From: Octopus sinensis
Lineage: Eukaryota
Direction: 5' to 3'
NCBI RefSeq assembly: GCF_006345805.1
Contig: NC_043002.1
Span: 33,852,001-33,916,000, forward strand
DNA: 64,000 nt
Shown: in pieces, positions 37,405 through 50,913 of the stretch
How the letters are laid out: every line of letters starts with the position of its first letter
Position numbering within the stretch: position 1 is the stretch's first letter
Notes under the pieces: generated by a model
Databases searched by the model: none
What the model was told of the DNA's origin: nothing
Seen by the model: the letters and a program-made list of their open reading frames with translations, nothing else
Program-made: the position numbers and the translations under genes

Positions 37405-37800
37405 GCTCTTTACTCTTTTACTATTTTACTTGTTTCAGTCATTTGACTGCGGCCATGCTGGAGCATCGCCTTTAGTCGAGCAAATCGACCCCAGGACTTA
37501 TTCTTGTAAGCCTAGTACTTATTCTATCGGTCTCTTTTGCCGAACCGCTAAGTTACGGGGACGTAGACACACCAGCATCGGTCGTGAAGCGATGTTGGGA
37601 GGACAAACACAGACATACAAACATATATATATACATATATACGACGGGCTTCTTTCAGTTTCCGTCTACCAAATCCACTCACAAAGCTTTGGTCGGCCCG
37701 ATGCCATAGTAGTAGATAAGGTGCCACGCAGTGGGAATGAACCCGGAATCATGTGGTTGGTAAGCAAGATACTTACCACACAGCCACTCCTACGCCTACA
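37405..37800 (-). mobile_element. SINE family 2 (tRNA head + microsatellite linker + 3' half), full-length
   Basis: Reverse head GGCGTAGGAGTGGCTGTGTGGTAAG..GGTTCATTCCC, (TA)/(TG) linker, and TAAAAGAG-repeat tail. Confidence 0.8.
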
Positions 37801-37844
37801 TAGCAAGCAGCTCAACAAATAGATCTTTTCTTTTTTTTTTCACT

Positions 37845-38185
37845 TGTCAGTCATTAGCCTGCGACCATGCTAAAGCACCGCCTTAAGTGGGGTTTAATCG
37901 AACAAATCAATCCCACGGTTTTTGTTTTTAAAGCTTGGTACTTATTCTGTTGCCGAACAGCTAAGGTACTGAGACATAAACAAACCAACACCGGTTGTCA
38001 AGCAATGGTGGGAGGAAATGTAAGCGCAAACACTCACACACATACATATACAACGGGCTTCTTTCAGTTTCCGTCTATCAAATCAACTCACAAAGCTTTA
38101 GCCGGCCCGAGGCTGAAGAAGAAGGCACTGGCCCAAGTTACCTTGCAGTGAGACTGAATGTGGATGGGAAGCAAGCTTCTTACCA
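37845..38185 (-). mobile_element. SINE family 2 (diverged)
   Basis: Same two halves as 37405-37800. Confidence 0.7.
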
Positions 38186-38195
38186 CATCGACCAT

Positions 38196-38274
<79 letters not shown>

Positions 38275-38328
38275 TAATAATATTAATAATAATAATAATA
38301 ATAATGATGATAATGATAAAATAATAAA

Positions 38329-38365
<37 letters not shown>

Positions 38366-38439
38366 TAATAATAATAATAATATAATAATAATAATATTAA
38401 TTTGTTTTTATTATCATTGTTATTATTATTATTATTATA

Positions 38440-38485
<46 letters not shown>

Positions 38486-38487
38486 GC

Positions 38488-38537
<50 letters not shown>

Positions 38538-39316
38538 GCAGCATTATTCAAAAACTGCTTAATTCGGCTTCATTCATTGAACCGAATGAAGCTGTTTTTT
38601 AATGATAATATATTTGACTCCAACCAAATATGTTGAGTGCTTTTTTCATTCGTTCATCCACTCACTCACTCACTCACCCACCCTGTCTATATATATACAC
38701 ACACAAATATTTTATAATTATAAACATAATTATAATTAGGGTTCAGCTAATTGCTTCACTACATACCGAATTATTTTTAATATATATATATATAATATTT
38801 GTATAATTTTACCTATAAAGGTTATTTTAACGTACCGATCTACTTGGTGAAATTATTAATTGATTGATTGATTAATTAATTAATCTGCAGATATTACAAA
38901 ATAACCCACTGTTTCATGCCTGGCACTTATGTCACACTTATCAAATTATTAAACGGTTTTTTAAAAAAATGTCCCGAAATCAGTTTGGTAAACGCTATGT
39001 TTTTTTCTTATTTTGGATCATATACATTATATATAATATATAAAATGGAGGGTGCAGCAACCAAAGCCACCACCATGGATCCCTAGTGAACTTTGCAACA
39101 GACGCTTCCATGCAAGAATCGGCCTCATTAGTCATCAGAAGCATAAATATAGACAGAGTGGAAGTGGTCAAGAAGAAACCAAATAAATTATTGGACACGC
39201 AATAAAACACCGCCGCCGCCGCCGCCGCCGATGACATATATATATACCTGTGCATGTATGTACACAAACAGACATGTACATACATACATAAATGCATACA
39301 TACATACCTATACACA

Positions 39317-39352
<36 letters not shown>

Positions 39353-39577
39353 TCAAAAGATGAGATCGAAAAAATCTCAATATAGAAAGCAATTGGTAAC
39401 GTTCAAATGATTTGAACACTCCGATATATTCAACGAGTATCAAGTCAGCAGAGTAATGAGTGGCTATAAAGGGAATCCGGGTGAGCAGATATGAACACAA
39501 TGATGCAAATTTTCAGATGAGAAACAATCAAGAGCATGCTTACTCTCTTGGCCTCCTGATGGTTTTTACGAGATATA

Positions 39578-40063
39578 ATGTTCTTCATATTGAGGCAGCA
39601 GCTGTATAATATTTTAATTGAGCGTCTGTTAAAAATTTTCCAAGAGCCTACACCCAGTTGTAATTGTCGAGACTATAAAGCTTGCCCACTTGACCAGGTG
39701 TGCATGATAAACTCCGTCATATACGAGGGTGAAGTTACAGTTGTGCTTCAAGTTAAATTACTTGAAAAGAAGAATTACATCGGGTTATGTCAGGGCAAAT
39801 TCAAGAGATGTTATGCAAACCTCCTATCTTCTTTCCGGCACATCAATAATATTAATTCAACTAAGTTGGCTAGCCACGTATGGAATCTGAAGAGTAGCTC
39901 CACATCATATACAATTAAGTGGAGAATAGTGGAAAAATCCAAGCCATATGTAACTGGATCTTTGAAATGCAACTTACGTGTAGCAGAAAGATCTCGTATT
40001 CTTCTTAGATCCAGAAATTCCAACACACTGCTTCATTTCAGATTTAAAGTTTTAGCAGTGTAA
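39578..40063 (+). pseudogene. Penelope-like GIY-YIG endonuclease fragment
   Basis: CNCRDYKACPLDQVCMINSVIYEGEV..NYIGLCQGKFKR..SSFRH..TKLASHVWNLK..IKWRIV..CNL follows the PLE GIY-YIG pattern, with some conserved residues degraded. Confidence 0.75.
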
Positions 40064-40493
40064 ACACATGGACAGGTTTCTTTTATCGACTCGGAGGGCA
40101 CCAACCGCTTCGGATTGAGTTGCTGTCTCGCAGACTTTGACAAGTTTTCTTTTATTTTGTTCTATACTAGTTGTATTTAATTTGCTTTCTGCAGTCAGAA
40201 AGGATGAGGATCTTAGTTTTCTTGATTTCGTTTCTTTCTTCTCATTCCAGTTTTTGCACCAAACTTCATGATTTTTCCACAATTTTTCCTTATTTTCTTA
40301 CTGTCCTTGCTTTTAAAAACAGAGCCTGAAAAGTTGCTTCGAGATACATGGCATATTTTATAAAGGAGAGTTACATTTTGGATAATATACTCCTTGATAC
40401 AATATGCTTAACAAAAAGATTGGATGATTACGGCGACAAGCCTTTTGATTTTAATATTTACTCGAGCAACGTAACAACTAACAACGCTACACC

Positions 40494-40900
40494 ATACAGG
40501 GTGTTGCAGAATTAACTATCTGTTTCAATGGAGCAAAATAAAAAAAAAAAATGACTGAATCTTATGTTCATTACCAAAACAAATAGATTTATAAATCTCA
40601 CGTCAAACTTTTATTGAAAATTTTCAACATGTCTGTATCCCTGCATGCCTTCTAATCTCTCCTTAGCGTTGTGAAACACATTTTGAAACATTTCAGGTGT
40701 TAACTCTTGCACTGCTAACTGAACGTGTTCTTTAAGCTCAGCTGAAAGATTGCTCCATCTTGGGGATGGGTGTAAAGAAAATGATTGCTGCCAAATTGAA
40801 AATAAGCTGTCGTAGACAAATAAGAGGGGTCCAACAGGAATGAAAAGGAAATTATAAACAAAATTCAAAATTTATACACTTTTAACACATATTAAACATG
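40494..40900 (-). mobile_element. Tc1/mariner 3' remnant
   Basis: ELKEHVQLAVQELTPEMFQNVF..RLE..GYRHVE resembles the transposase C-terminus; TA-CAGGGTG TIR-like end at 40494. Confidence 0.5.
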
Positions 40901-42045
40901 ATAAACATAGATAAAAGTGAGTTTTAAAAAATGCATCAGATTTCACTCAAATCATCATTAATTCTTGGACATCTTGTATTTACTCGTCCAATTAAACGGG
41001 GGAGGGAATACGGGTCGGGGGATCAATTGCAGTTGGCGAGCGTAGCTTCCGGGAGTGGTTATGCGGTCAAACTCAAATGGTTGTAAGTCATAACAACAGG
41101 GTTTTTTTTGTATGAACATTTTGCATTATATAGTTCAGACATGGATGACATAGAAAGCAGACATGCTGCCGAGCCATGCTGCATTGTGCAGGATTGGAAA
41201 TGTGAAACATCAAACAGGGCACTTCTGCAGAATGGATGTATGGGTTTGTTGTTTACCCAGCCGCGCACACACACACATGACCCGATGGTGCGCGGGATGG
41301 TAACATGAAGCATCGACAGGGCGCCGACAAAAATTTTAATGTTCTCATTTCCTCTGCCAAATTGGACAAAAAGGTTTTTATGAAATATTATACGCTATTT
41401 ATAATGCATAAGTAGTGTCAATATTTTATCGTCGGAAAATGGCCCAAAACAAAGAAAAAACCCAGCGCAGTATACTCAGATCTGATGAATCTGCATTTTT
41501 CGAGGGTGGGGGCATAGTCAGCGTGGGAAATATTTTGTAATCAACAGCAATTCAAGGAGCATGATTAATGTTTATGCCAAATTTTGAGGAAAGTGACTGG
41601 ATACTTTTCAAGTTACGTACGGTCCTTAACGCTGCGAAAATGCTTTAAAAATGTGCTTTATCTGCCCCTGGTTCCGCATTAGGCAAGAAGTTGAAAATGC
41701 TTTTGACCCATGACACTCCATGGACCCTATGTAATGCATATGTAAAATTTCGTTAAAATCGGTTGGGTGGATCTCGAGTTTTAACGACATGACAAACACA
41801 CAGATACACATCCTGTGTTTTATATGTATAGATAATTGTTAAATTATTCATTTTGATGCATCGGATAGTAAGGGTTCCAGTGTGTATTCCTGTATTTGAT
41901 TAATATAGAATTATTATTTCTATATCAATCAAATACAGGAATATACATTGAAACTCTATCAACTGATGTAACAAAATAAATAATTTAACAACTATATTAA
42001 ATGAATGAGGGCTTGATAACTTGTTATTCATAAGGGAATATATAA

Positions 42046-42077
<32 letters not shown>

Positions 42078-42084
42078 CTGTGTC

Positions 42085-42123
<39 letters not shown>

Positions 42124-42328
42124 CGCGCGCTTGTATAGACACACACACACTCGTCATTTAATGCTCGAAATGAGGAGTAGATAGATGGCCGACAACTGAT
42201 GACGGGTCCTTTTTCTGAGTTAACTTGTCTATTCTCTATTTTTTCTCGTTGTTTACACACTTCATATTACTGGCACCGTTGGTGATGTCCTGTACCCATA
42301 TATGCATGTATATATATATATAGGTGAA

Positions 42329-42664
42329 GGCGCATGGCTCAGTGGTTAGAGCGTCGAGCTTACGATCGTGAGGTTGTGAGCTCGAATCCCGGACCGGGCT
42401 GCGTGTTGTGTTCTTGAGCAAAGCACTTTATTTCACGTTGCTCCAATTCACTCAGCTGTAGAAATGAGTTGCGACGTCACTGGTGCCAAGCTGTATCGAC
42501 CTTTGTCTTTCCCTTGGATAACACTGGTGGCGTGGAGAGGGGAGGCTGGTATGCATGGGCGACTGCTGGTCTTCCATAAACAACCTTGCCCGGACTTGTG
42601 TCTAGGAGGGTAACTTTCTAGGTGCAATCCCATGGTCATTCATGACCGAAGGGGGTCTTTACCC
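42329..42664 (+). mobile_element. Young tRNA-derived SINE family 3
   Basis: GGCGCATGGCTCAGTGGTTAGAGCG..CTCGAATCCC head; about 6 differences from 62881-63216. Confidence 0.9.
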
Positions 42665-42715
<51 letters not shown>

Positions 42716-42717
<2 letters not shown>

Positions 42718-43130
42718 CTCTTTTACTCTTTTACTTGTTTCAGTCAGTTGACTGCGGCCATGCTGGAGCACCGCCTTTAATCGAGCAACTTATTCTTTTG
42801 TAAGCCCAGTACTTATTCTATCGGTCTCTTTTGCCGAACCGCTAAGTAATGGGGACATAAACACACCAGCATCGGTTGTCAAGCAATGCTAGGGGGACAA
42901 ACACAGATACACAAACACACACACGCATATATATATACATATATATATATATATAATATATATATATATAGATATATATATATATTATATATATATATAC
43001 ATATATACGACGGGCTTCTTTCAGTTTCCGCCTACCAAATCCACTCACAAGGCTTTGGTCGGCCCGAGGCTATAGTAGAAGACACTTGCCCAAGGTACCA
43101 CGCAGTGGGACTGAACCCGGAACCATGTGA
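42716..43130 (-). mobile_element. SINE family 2
   Basis: 3' half, (TA)n linker and 5' half as in the other copies. Confidence 0.8.
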
Positions 43131-44137
43131 TATATATATTATATATATATTATTTATTTTTTTATTATATATATATATGTATATATTTAATAAATTTTTA
43201 TATAATAAATTATATTTAAATTAACACTCCGTGAATGATAAACATTAAGATAAACATAGGAAGTAACCCTAAAGTGAAATGTACCCCCACCATTTGAAAA
43301 TAGTCTAACTACATACATGTGATACATAGTAAATCAAACCCCCATTAAATATAAAAATTATTTTAACTAAAATATATTTATAATAACCTAAACTATCAAT
43401 AATAAGACTAATACATCTAAATAAATAAAAATTGTAATGAAAATTGAAATTCTTATAACTAAATAAGTAGAAGTTAAATAAATATATTGATTTGGATTCT
43501 TGCTAATATATATATTTTATTTTCATTTTTTGCACAATAAGTAGAGATAGGAGTGGTAGCCAGCCTCTACAAAACTGATCTAAGGAGAATGGTAGTATGA
43601 CCTAGTTCCTCATAACTACTACTAGCCATTTTCCAATAGTTTAACCCTAAGCTATTTTAAAAAAGGAATCCAAAAGACACATCCTGATAAACACAAACAC
43701 ACAAAAGCATGCTGTTATCTCTGTAAGCAATTTTCCATCCATTAGGATGTTAATGAATATTTGTCAATTTTTGTCCTGAAGAGATTTTTGCTTTTTAAAT
43801 GCATAATGCAATATTAATTGCAAAATATGGATGAAGGTAAGAAGGTGAAACGTGCGTAGGCGACATGAAATTAACTATTATATAAATAAATTTATTTTTC
43901 TGTGTTCAAACACTCCATTTTCCTCATATTATATTAAACTTCTGTTCTCCTGTATCAAATGGATGAAAACATCTATAACAACAACTGGAACTTCATAAGT
44001 ATTAACACTAATACTAACACAAATTAATGAAATCCAAAGTATATTAATCGATATGGAGCTAAACCGGTGTACATTTGGATAAAATGCATCCATGTGAAAG
44101 AGCAACCTCTTCCCATTCGAAACTTTATAAATATGTC

Positions 44138-44420
44138 CCACTGCGTGGCACCTTGGGCAAGTGTCTTCTGCTATGGTCTCGGGCCGACCAAAGCTTTGCA
44201 AGTGTATTTGGTAGACGGAAACTGAAATAAGTCCGTCGTATATACGTATACATATACCAATGTTGGTTTGTTTACGTCCCCGTATCATAGCGGTTCAGCA
44301 AAAGTGAAGGATAGAATAAGTACTAGGCTTACAAAGAATAAGTCCTGGAGTCGATTTGTTCGACTAAAGGCGGTGCTTCACAGCATGGCCACAGTCAAAT
44401 GACTGAAACAAGTAAAAGAA
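44138..44420 (+). mobile_element. SINE family 2 (5'-truncated)
   Basis: CCCACTGCGTGGCACCTTGGGCAAGTGTCTT...GACTGAAACAAGTAAAAGA. Confidence 0.75.
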
Positions 44421-44844
44421 TATAATACAAATATATATATTATTATATATATATATATATATATATTATATATCATACATGTGTGTGTGTGTATGTATGG
44501 TGTTAATGGCAGAATTACGTATACCATTTACGTCAAAGCGAATTTGTCTTCAATACTTCCGATAAATTAAATGGAAGCGAAGCCTTAAATCAATCGACTG
44601 AATGTCATTCCACCAGATGTGGCCTCGTAGTGATGTTATGAATTATTACATAATACAATATTATTTGAAGTTATATGCTGGAGAGATCTAGGGCAGTCGA
44701 TTGGCAGATTCAGTGGAGCGCTGAAAAAAATGCCATGTAGCGTATATAGGTACGACACCAACTTGTAAGTGGTTCCGGACATTCAACGTCTGGAATCTTT
44801 TATAGTCCACGCTATTTTACACTAATATACACATACAGAAAGGT

Positions 44845-45215
44845 TGTTTCCCAACCACATGGTTCCGGATTCAGTCTCACAGCGTGGTACCTTGGGTATG
44901 TGTCTTTTATTAAAGCCTCGGGCCTACCAAAGCCTTATGAGTGGATTTGGTAGACGGAAACTGAAAGAAGTGAAAGAAGCCCGCGTGCATTTTTTAGTAT
45001 GTGTTTGCTCCCGTCCCATCAACGCTTGACAACAGGTGTTGGTGTGTTTACGTCCACGTAACTTAGCAGTTCAGCAAAAGAGACCGATAGAACGAGTACT
45101 AGGTTTACAAAGAATAACTCCCGGGGTCAATTTCGTCGACTAAAACCTTTGAAAGTAGTGCTCCAGTATGGCCGCATTCAAATGACGGAAACAAGTTAAA
45201 GAATAAAGAAATAAA
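44845..45215 (+). mobile_element. SINE family 2
   Basis: TTCCCAACCACATGGTTCCGGATTCAGTC...AAATGACGGAAACAAGTTAAAGA. Confidence 0.75.
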
Positions 45216-45354
45216 AGCATATCTATATTTCATTTAATTATTCAAGTAAATGTAAATGAATGATCATGAGATTGCACAAGTCCGATGTCATTCAAGGGAA
45301 AGGCAAAGGCCGATACAGCTTGGCACCAGTGACCTCGCAACTCATTTCTATTCC

Positions 45355-46178
45355 CAGGGTTCCGACAATTATTGGTACTACTGCTACCTTTTTCCTCGAC
45401 CACAACTGCTTAACTTCCCAAGCTAACCTGTCATATTTATCAACTTTTCTTTCTTTCTTATCGCATACCTTGTCAGCTGGGCATGCTATATCTATGATCC
45501 AGCAAAGTTTGTTTTCTTTCTCAATTAAGACTATGTCTGGCTTCCTATTCTCTATCTCATGGTCGCACTGAATCATGAAATCCCATAAAATCTTGGCATT
45601 TCTATTTTCGACGATGCCTTCAGGTTTGTGGTCATACCAAATTTTTGCTCTGTCAAATCCATACTTGTAAAGTGTCCAATGGACAAACCTGGCTATATTG
45701 TCGTGGCGTCTCTTATATTCCTTCTGGACTAGTGGCGTACATTGGCTGGTAATACGCCGTGCGGTTTCACCGTTTTATTCACAGATTCTGCACTTATCCC
45801 CTTCTGTTGTGTTTAATATTCTGTAGTTTGTTCTTAGCGCTTGCCCTTGGGCACCACAGATTAGAGCCTACGTTTCCGGTTTTAAATCAGTTTTAGTCAT
45901 CCACAAACATCAGTTTTCTCTTTCTGTCTTATCTTCAACATCCCTATGAAATTGACCATGCATTCTTTTCTTTATCCACATATTTCCAGTTTCATTCATT
46001 TTCAATTTTTGTATAGTGCTTTATCTTTGCAATCTTTCATCCTACACAAGCCTAGCTTTCTTATTTCTAATAATAGCGGTTCTGTGACATCTTTTGCATA
46101 CCATGCTATGTTGTTTTCTTCTGCTCTAATGCTGTGTTCGCATCCAATAAGTCCTCTTCCCTCTCTTTTTCTTAGTAT
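45355..46178 (-). mobile_element. Dong/R4-clade LINE family B fragment
   Basis: GRGLIGCEHSIRAEENNIAWY; IQCDHEIENRKPDIVLIEKENKLCWIIDIACP..KVDKYDRLAWEV..PIIVGTLG (PD-D-K RLE motif); 5' end abuts (TAA)n; frameshifted. Confidence 0.85.
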
Positions 46179-46188
46179 ATTATTATTA

Positions 46189-46237
<49 letters not shown>

Positions 46238-46780
46238 GAGTGAGAGAACAGTGCATGCTATCAAAGTGACACTGGACTACAAATGTATGGAGTCCAATAT
46301 ATCCATCATAATTACTCGTCTGATAAGGATGCATCGGGCACATACATCACAACCATATGTGAGTGACATGGTGATCTCATATCAAGGAAAGGAACGCATA
46401 ACCTTGCATGTGGGGCCTAGTTAAAATTTCCTTTAGGTCGGGTAGCCCATCGCGCTCAAAAGGTCTCTAAATAAGGATTGTTTAAGTGTGATGAATAAAA
46501 CAGCCATGTTTCCAGGGATGAACTATTTAAACTCCCAAAGAATCTCTTTCAACACATGGCTATGATGCCCCAATAACTACTCCTGCTCAGGATTAGAGAA
46601 GCACATATCTTCAGCCACTAAGAGACATGCTCAAATGGTTATGGTTAAGCAACTGACAAACAAATCTGCGGTATTGAGCAGAGTATTTAATGTAAGCCAT
46701 TTTACACCAAAGCAAAACATGTACATGACACTTCCAATCAATTAAGATCAGAAGATGTGAGAGCCACTGCTCAGGACATT
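46238..46780. mobile_element. ~558-bp TAA-embedded element, older near-full copy
   Basis: (TTA)n-GAGTGAGAG...CAGGACATT followed by a degenerate TTG/TTA tract. Confidence 0.8.
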
Positions 46781-46854
46781 GTTATTGTTGATGCTTTTGC
46801 TGCTGCTGCTGTTATTGTTGTTCTTGTTGCTGCTCTTGTTATTGTTGTTGTTGT

Positions 46855-47037
46855 TGTTAACAGAATCGTTAACATGTCGGATAAAATGTTTAATTCCGAC
46901 TCGTTTCCGCTGGGGTCGACTCTGCTGTTTATCCTTTCGGAGTTGATAAAATAAGTTCTAGATGTGCACTAGGGGCAATGTAATCAATTTGCCCTTCCCC
47001 TCAAGATTGCTGGCCTAGTGTCAAAATTTGAAACCAT
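46855..47037 (+). mobile_element. SINE family 1 (diverged)
   Basis: CAGAATCGTTAAC head remnant, core, and AAAATTTGAAACC-(ATT) tail. Confidence 0.65.
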
Positions 47038-47479
47038 CATTATTATTGCTGTTGTTGTTGTAGTCGTTGTCAAATTCTCGGATGCAGAGTGGAAACCAGA
47101 AATAAACTAAAGGTACTCATGTGTAACGTTGTTTCATCTTTCACAGGTAATCTAACAGCAGAGGTGATAGGATCCGTTTAGTGTTAAATGTACCCAGGTG
47201 CACGTGTATCGCAAGGTAGAAAAAGATATTGAACACTAAGTGTGAGCAAAGGCAGCAGCAGCAGCAGCCCGGTTTCGAGCTAGGCCATCACTTGATTGCT
47301 TTCTGAAACGTGAGAATACATGTGGCTTTACAGTCCTTCTTGAGTTCTACACTCTTTTTCATAGATGTAGTAACGATACAGTAGGAGTTATCAGAGATCG
47401 CCATCCACACTGATACATGCCTTCATTCTATCATGGAATTTTATTTTACATTGAGTGTTTTGCCTTTCACGTCCAGCTT

Positions 47480-48088
47480 GCTGTTTGTTGCCTACAGCCT
47501 GAAGCTGCTTACTGCTAGCAGCTTATGTCGACCTCCGAAAGGCGTTTGAACCGGTAGACAGGGATGTACTTTGGAGGATTCTGGAGCTGCAGGATTTACC
47601 TTAATGTAGTTCGAATGGGGTGTTCAACATCTAAGTTTTTCCCAGTTAGATCTGAGGTCCGTCAGGGTTGTGTGTAGGCTCCCACTTTGTTCAATGCCTG
47701 CATGAATTGGATACTCGGCTGAAAGGTTACTCAATCAGGTTGTGATGAACTCATTGGTGAAACTAGGATTTGAGGCCAGGATTTTGCTGATTATTTTGCA
47801 GTTATTCTTGCTAAATCTCAGGATGTCTTGAGGAGAATTCTCCTTTCACTAAGTGAGGAAACAGAACCACTTGGATTTAGAGTGTAGTGGTCCGAAACAA
47901 ATATCCAGTCCTTCATTGGTTTCCTGGAGGACTTCACCTCGTCTGTTTTTGGTGTGAGTGAGAATGTAATTTGGGTTTTGACTGGTCCTTCTAGCATGTT
48001 AGGTGTCTTGTCAGGGCACCTCTTATGTGTTTAAATGTACACTAATTTTATACACACACACACACACATGTACGCGCGCACACACACA

Positions 48089-48119
<31 letters not shown>

Positions 48120-48120
48120 C

Positions 48121-48168
<48 letters not shown>

Positions 48169-48660
48169 TGAAGTTGTTGACCGCTTCTCTAATCTCGGCT
48201 GTGAGATTCATGTGACATGAGACGCGAGTCAGAAGTCCTAAAAAGGCTTGGACGAGCTCATGCAGTTGTGGTCTCATTGGACAAGAGTGTTTGGCGCTGC
48301 CGATATCTGTGCAGGAGGATGAAAGTTCGGATCTTTAGGTCTTTGGCCATCCCTGTCCTTCTCAACAGTTGTAAAAGCCGCCCGAACTTCTTTGGTACTA
48401 GGACACTTTGCAGGATCATGGGTTACCAATGGTCAAATTTCGTATCCAACGAGCGATTTTACACAGAAACTGGGGTGCATCTTACTTGTAGGCCATGTTG
48501 CTTGATTTTCTGAGTTCGAACCTGCTTACCGTATTCTCTTCACTGAGGATCGTGTAATTCGATCTCATGCCATATGGTCTCGGCATATGAGGTGGTATCT
48601 CATGGATATGGAGATAGAGATTGAGTGGAACTATTCGACTGGTCACTCGAGAGAATCTGG
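47480..48660 (+). mobile_element. RTE-clade LINE remnant (RT/thumb)
   Basis: VRQGCV.APTLFNACM.WILG, DFAD, and KRLGRAHAVVVSLDKSVWRCRYLCRRMKVRIFRSLAIPVLL..GTRTLCRIMGYQWSNFVSNE; interrupted by (CA)n(TA)n at ~48050-48162. Confidence 0.75.
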
Positions 48661-48969
48661 GAATGTACTGTCAAATGGTGAATGCAGTAACGCACTGCAA
48701 TGGCTCATGCACTCACTCCAGACCTGACCAGTGATGTTGATAAGGATGTTAAAAGAGATGTTTAAATTCAAGCGACACCTGAGCCTGAGGCTTTTTAAAA
48801 TGAAGAAAGACTTTGCACAGGGTCAATATTACTCTGGATGTTTTGCGTTCTTGTCCCATTTTGTATGTATATATATATATATATATATCAGTAAATGTAA
48901 TAAGTGACGGGTCATTCGAAGCCTTTAATCTTCAGTCAAGAACCGGATCATCCTCGCAATTTCGGCTGA

Positions 48970-49133
<164 letters not shown>

Positions 49134-49225
49134 GGTATATATATATATGTATGTATTATATATATATATATATATATGTACAATATTAAATCTCTGAGCG
49201 AGAAGTAAACAGTAGCAGTACGGAA

Positions 49226-49564
49226 TTGTAAAATATAATTGCCAAATAAATGTGGCGGTCCTACAGAGGATACTGCTGCTGTTGTTTTTAGCCCCGGGAG
49301 GACAGCTCCTCCAGCTGGCTAACGACACACTGTCTATGTCCGATTAGTATTTGCGAGGGGAAATCGTCGTTGCGATCGCTAGCCTTACGTGATACACACA
49401 GACCCGTGTTTCTGAATAGTAACCCGTCATCAGTGTGTGATTATCAATCACTGATGACAGGTTACTACTCAGAAACCCGGGTCTGTGTGTACCATATAAT
49501 CACACACAGAGTAGCGTCGTCCTCTTTGGGACCGCTACATTTAGTTGGCAATTATATTTTACGG
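49226..49564. mobile_element. MITE with ~42-bp TIRs
   Basis: GTAAAATATAATTGCCAAATAAATGTGGCGGTCCTACAGAGGA vs reverse complement GTAAAATATAATTGCCAACTAAATGTAGCGGTCCCAAAGAGGA. Confidence 0.75.
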
Positions 49565-49587
49565 TATATATATATGTATATATATAA

Positions 49588-49811
49588 AGTAAACCCTCGA
49601 CTATCGCGAGTGTTACGTTCCAAAACGCCCCCGCGATAGGTGAAAATCCGCCAAGTAGAAGCAGTACTGTACTGTATATTTTTTAAAATTATTTTTATAA
49701 TCTCTATATATTTACGTTATTATAAATGCAAAACACCACCGCGGAGGAATCGATGTTAACTTAAATAATAAATCGCGATAAGTGAACCGCGATAAGGCGA
49801 TGGATTACTGT
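49588..49811. mobile_element. pogo/Tigger-like MITE
   Basis: Imperfect TIRs AGTAAACCCTCGACTATCGCG / CGCGATAAGGCGATGGATTACTG in TA-rich flanks. Confidence 0.55.
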
Positions 49812-49846
<35 letters not shown>

Positions 49847-49989
49847 CAAAGTATATTATATACATGAAATACAAAAAAGGTCTGACTTACATAAAATAGA
49901 AATATTTCATGTATTTAATATACTTTGTACATTGACCTGCCTCACTTGCGTATCCTTACATTTACAATATGTGGCCAATATGTGGCCAA

Positions 49990-50255
49990 TTTCCAAGGAT
50001 GAATATTCAAACACTCAAAGAATTCGTCTCAACACATAGCTATGATACTCTCTCACTACTCTTGCCCATGATCAGAGATGTACATACCGTGAACCATTAA
50101 AAGATATGCTCAACTGGTTACGGCCAAGCAAATTACAAACAAATCTGCGGTATTGAGCAGAATAGTTGTTGTAGTCCGTTTTTACACCAATATGTACATG
50201 ATAACACTTCCAATCAGTTAAAATCAGAAGCCACGAGAGCTTGCCTTGTACTGTG
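49990..50255. mobile_element. ~558-bp TAA-embedded element, distal half
   Basis: Homologous to ~35160-35430. Confidence 0.75.
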
Positions 50256-50262
50256 TCACGAC

Positions 50263-50468
50263 AGGCGAGCTGGCAGAATCGTTAGCTCACCGGGCGATGT
50301 GCTTCGTGGTACTTCGTCGGTAGATACGTTCTGAGTTCCAATTCCACCAAGGTCGGCTTTGTCTTTCATCCTATCGGGTCGATAAATTAAGTACCAGTTG
50401 AACACTGGGGTCGATGTAATCAACACAACCTCTCCCCCAATTACTACCCTTGTGGCAAAATTTGAAAC

Positions 50469-50470
<2 letters not shown>
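50263..50470 (+). mobile_element. SINE family 1 (monomer)
   Basis: Head, B box, core and GTGGCAAAATTTGAAACC-(ATT)n tail. Confidence 0.8.
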
Positions 50471-50520
<50 letters not shown>

Positions 50521-50528
50521 GTTGTTGA

Positions 50529-50559
<31 letters not shown>

Positions 50560-50598
50560 GCTGTTGTTGTTGTTATTATTATTATTATCATTATCATT

Positions 50599-50913
50599 GA
50601 GTGAGAGAGCAGTGCATGCCACCAAAGTGACACCAGGGTAAAATATACGAAGCCCAATATACCCATTATGACTACCCATCTGATAAGGGCACAGGCACAT
50701 GCATCACAACCATATGTGCCCGACAGGTGATCTCATAACAAAATAAACAGCGCATGACCTTGCAGATGGGACCCAGTTAGAATTTTCTTCAGCCTGAGTA
50801 GCTCATGCCGCTCAAAAGGTACCTGAATAAGGTTTGTTTAAGGATGATGAACAAAACACCCATATTTCCAAAGGTGAATTGTTCAAACCCCAAAGAATTC
50901 CTCTCAACACATG
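50599..50913. mobile_element. ~558-bp TAA-embedded element, proximal half
   Basis: ATTATCATT-GAGTGAGAGAGCAGTGCATGCC...CTCTCAACACATG. Confidence 0.8.

Noticed and set aside
39045-39100. Kozak-like GCCACCACCATGG
   Set aside because: It is followed by a stop within three codons and no downstream exon structure.
42329-42400. tRNA genes at SINE heads (also 2743, 11049, 62881)
   Set aside because: A and B boxes are present, but no acceptor stem closes and each continues into a shared SINE body.
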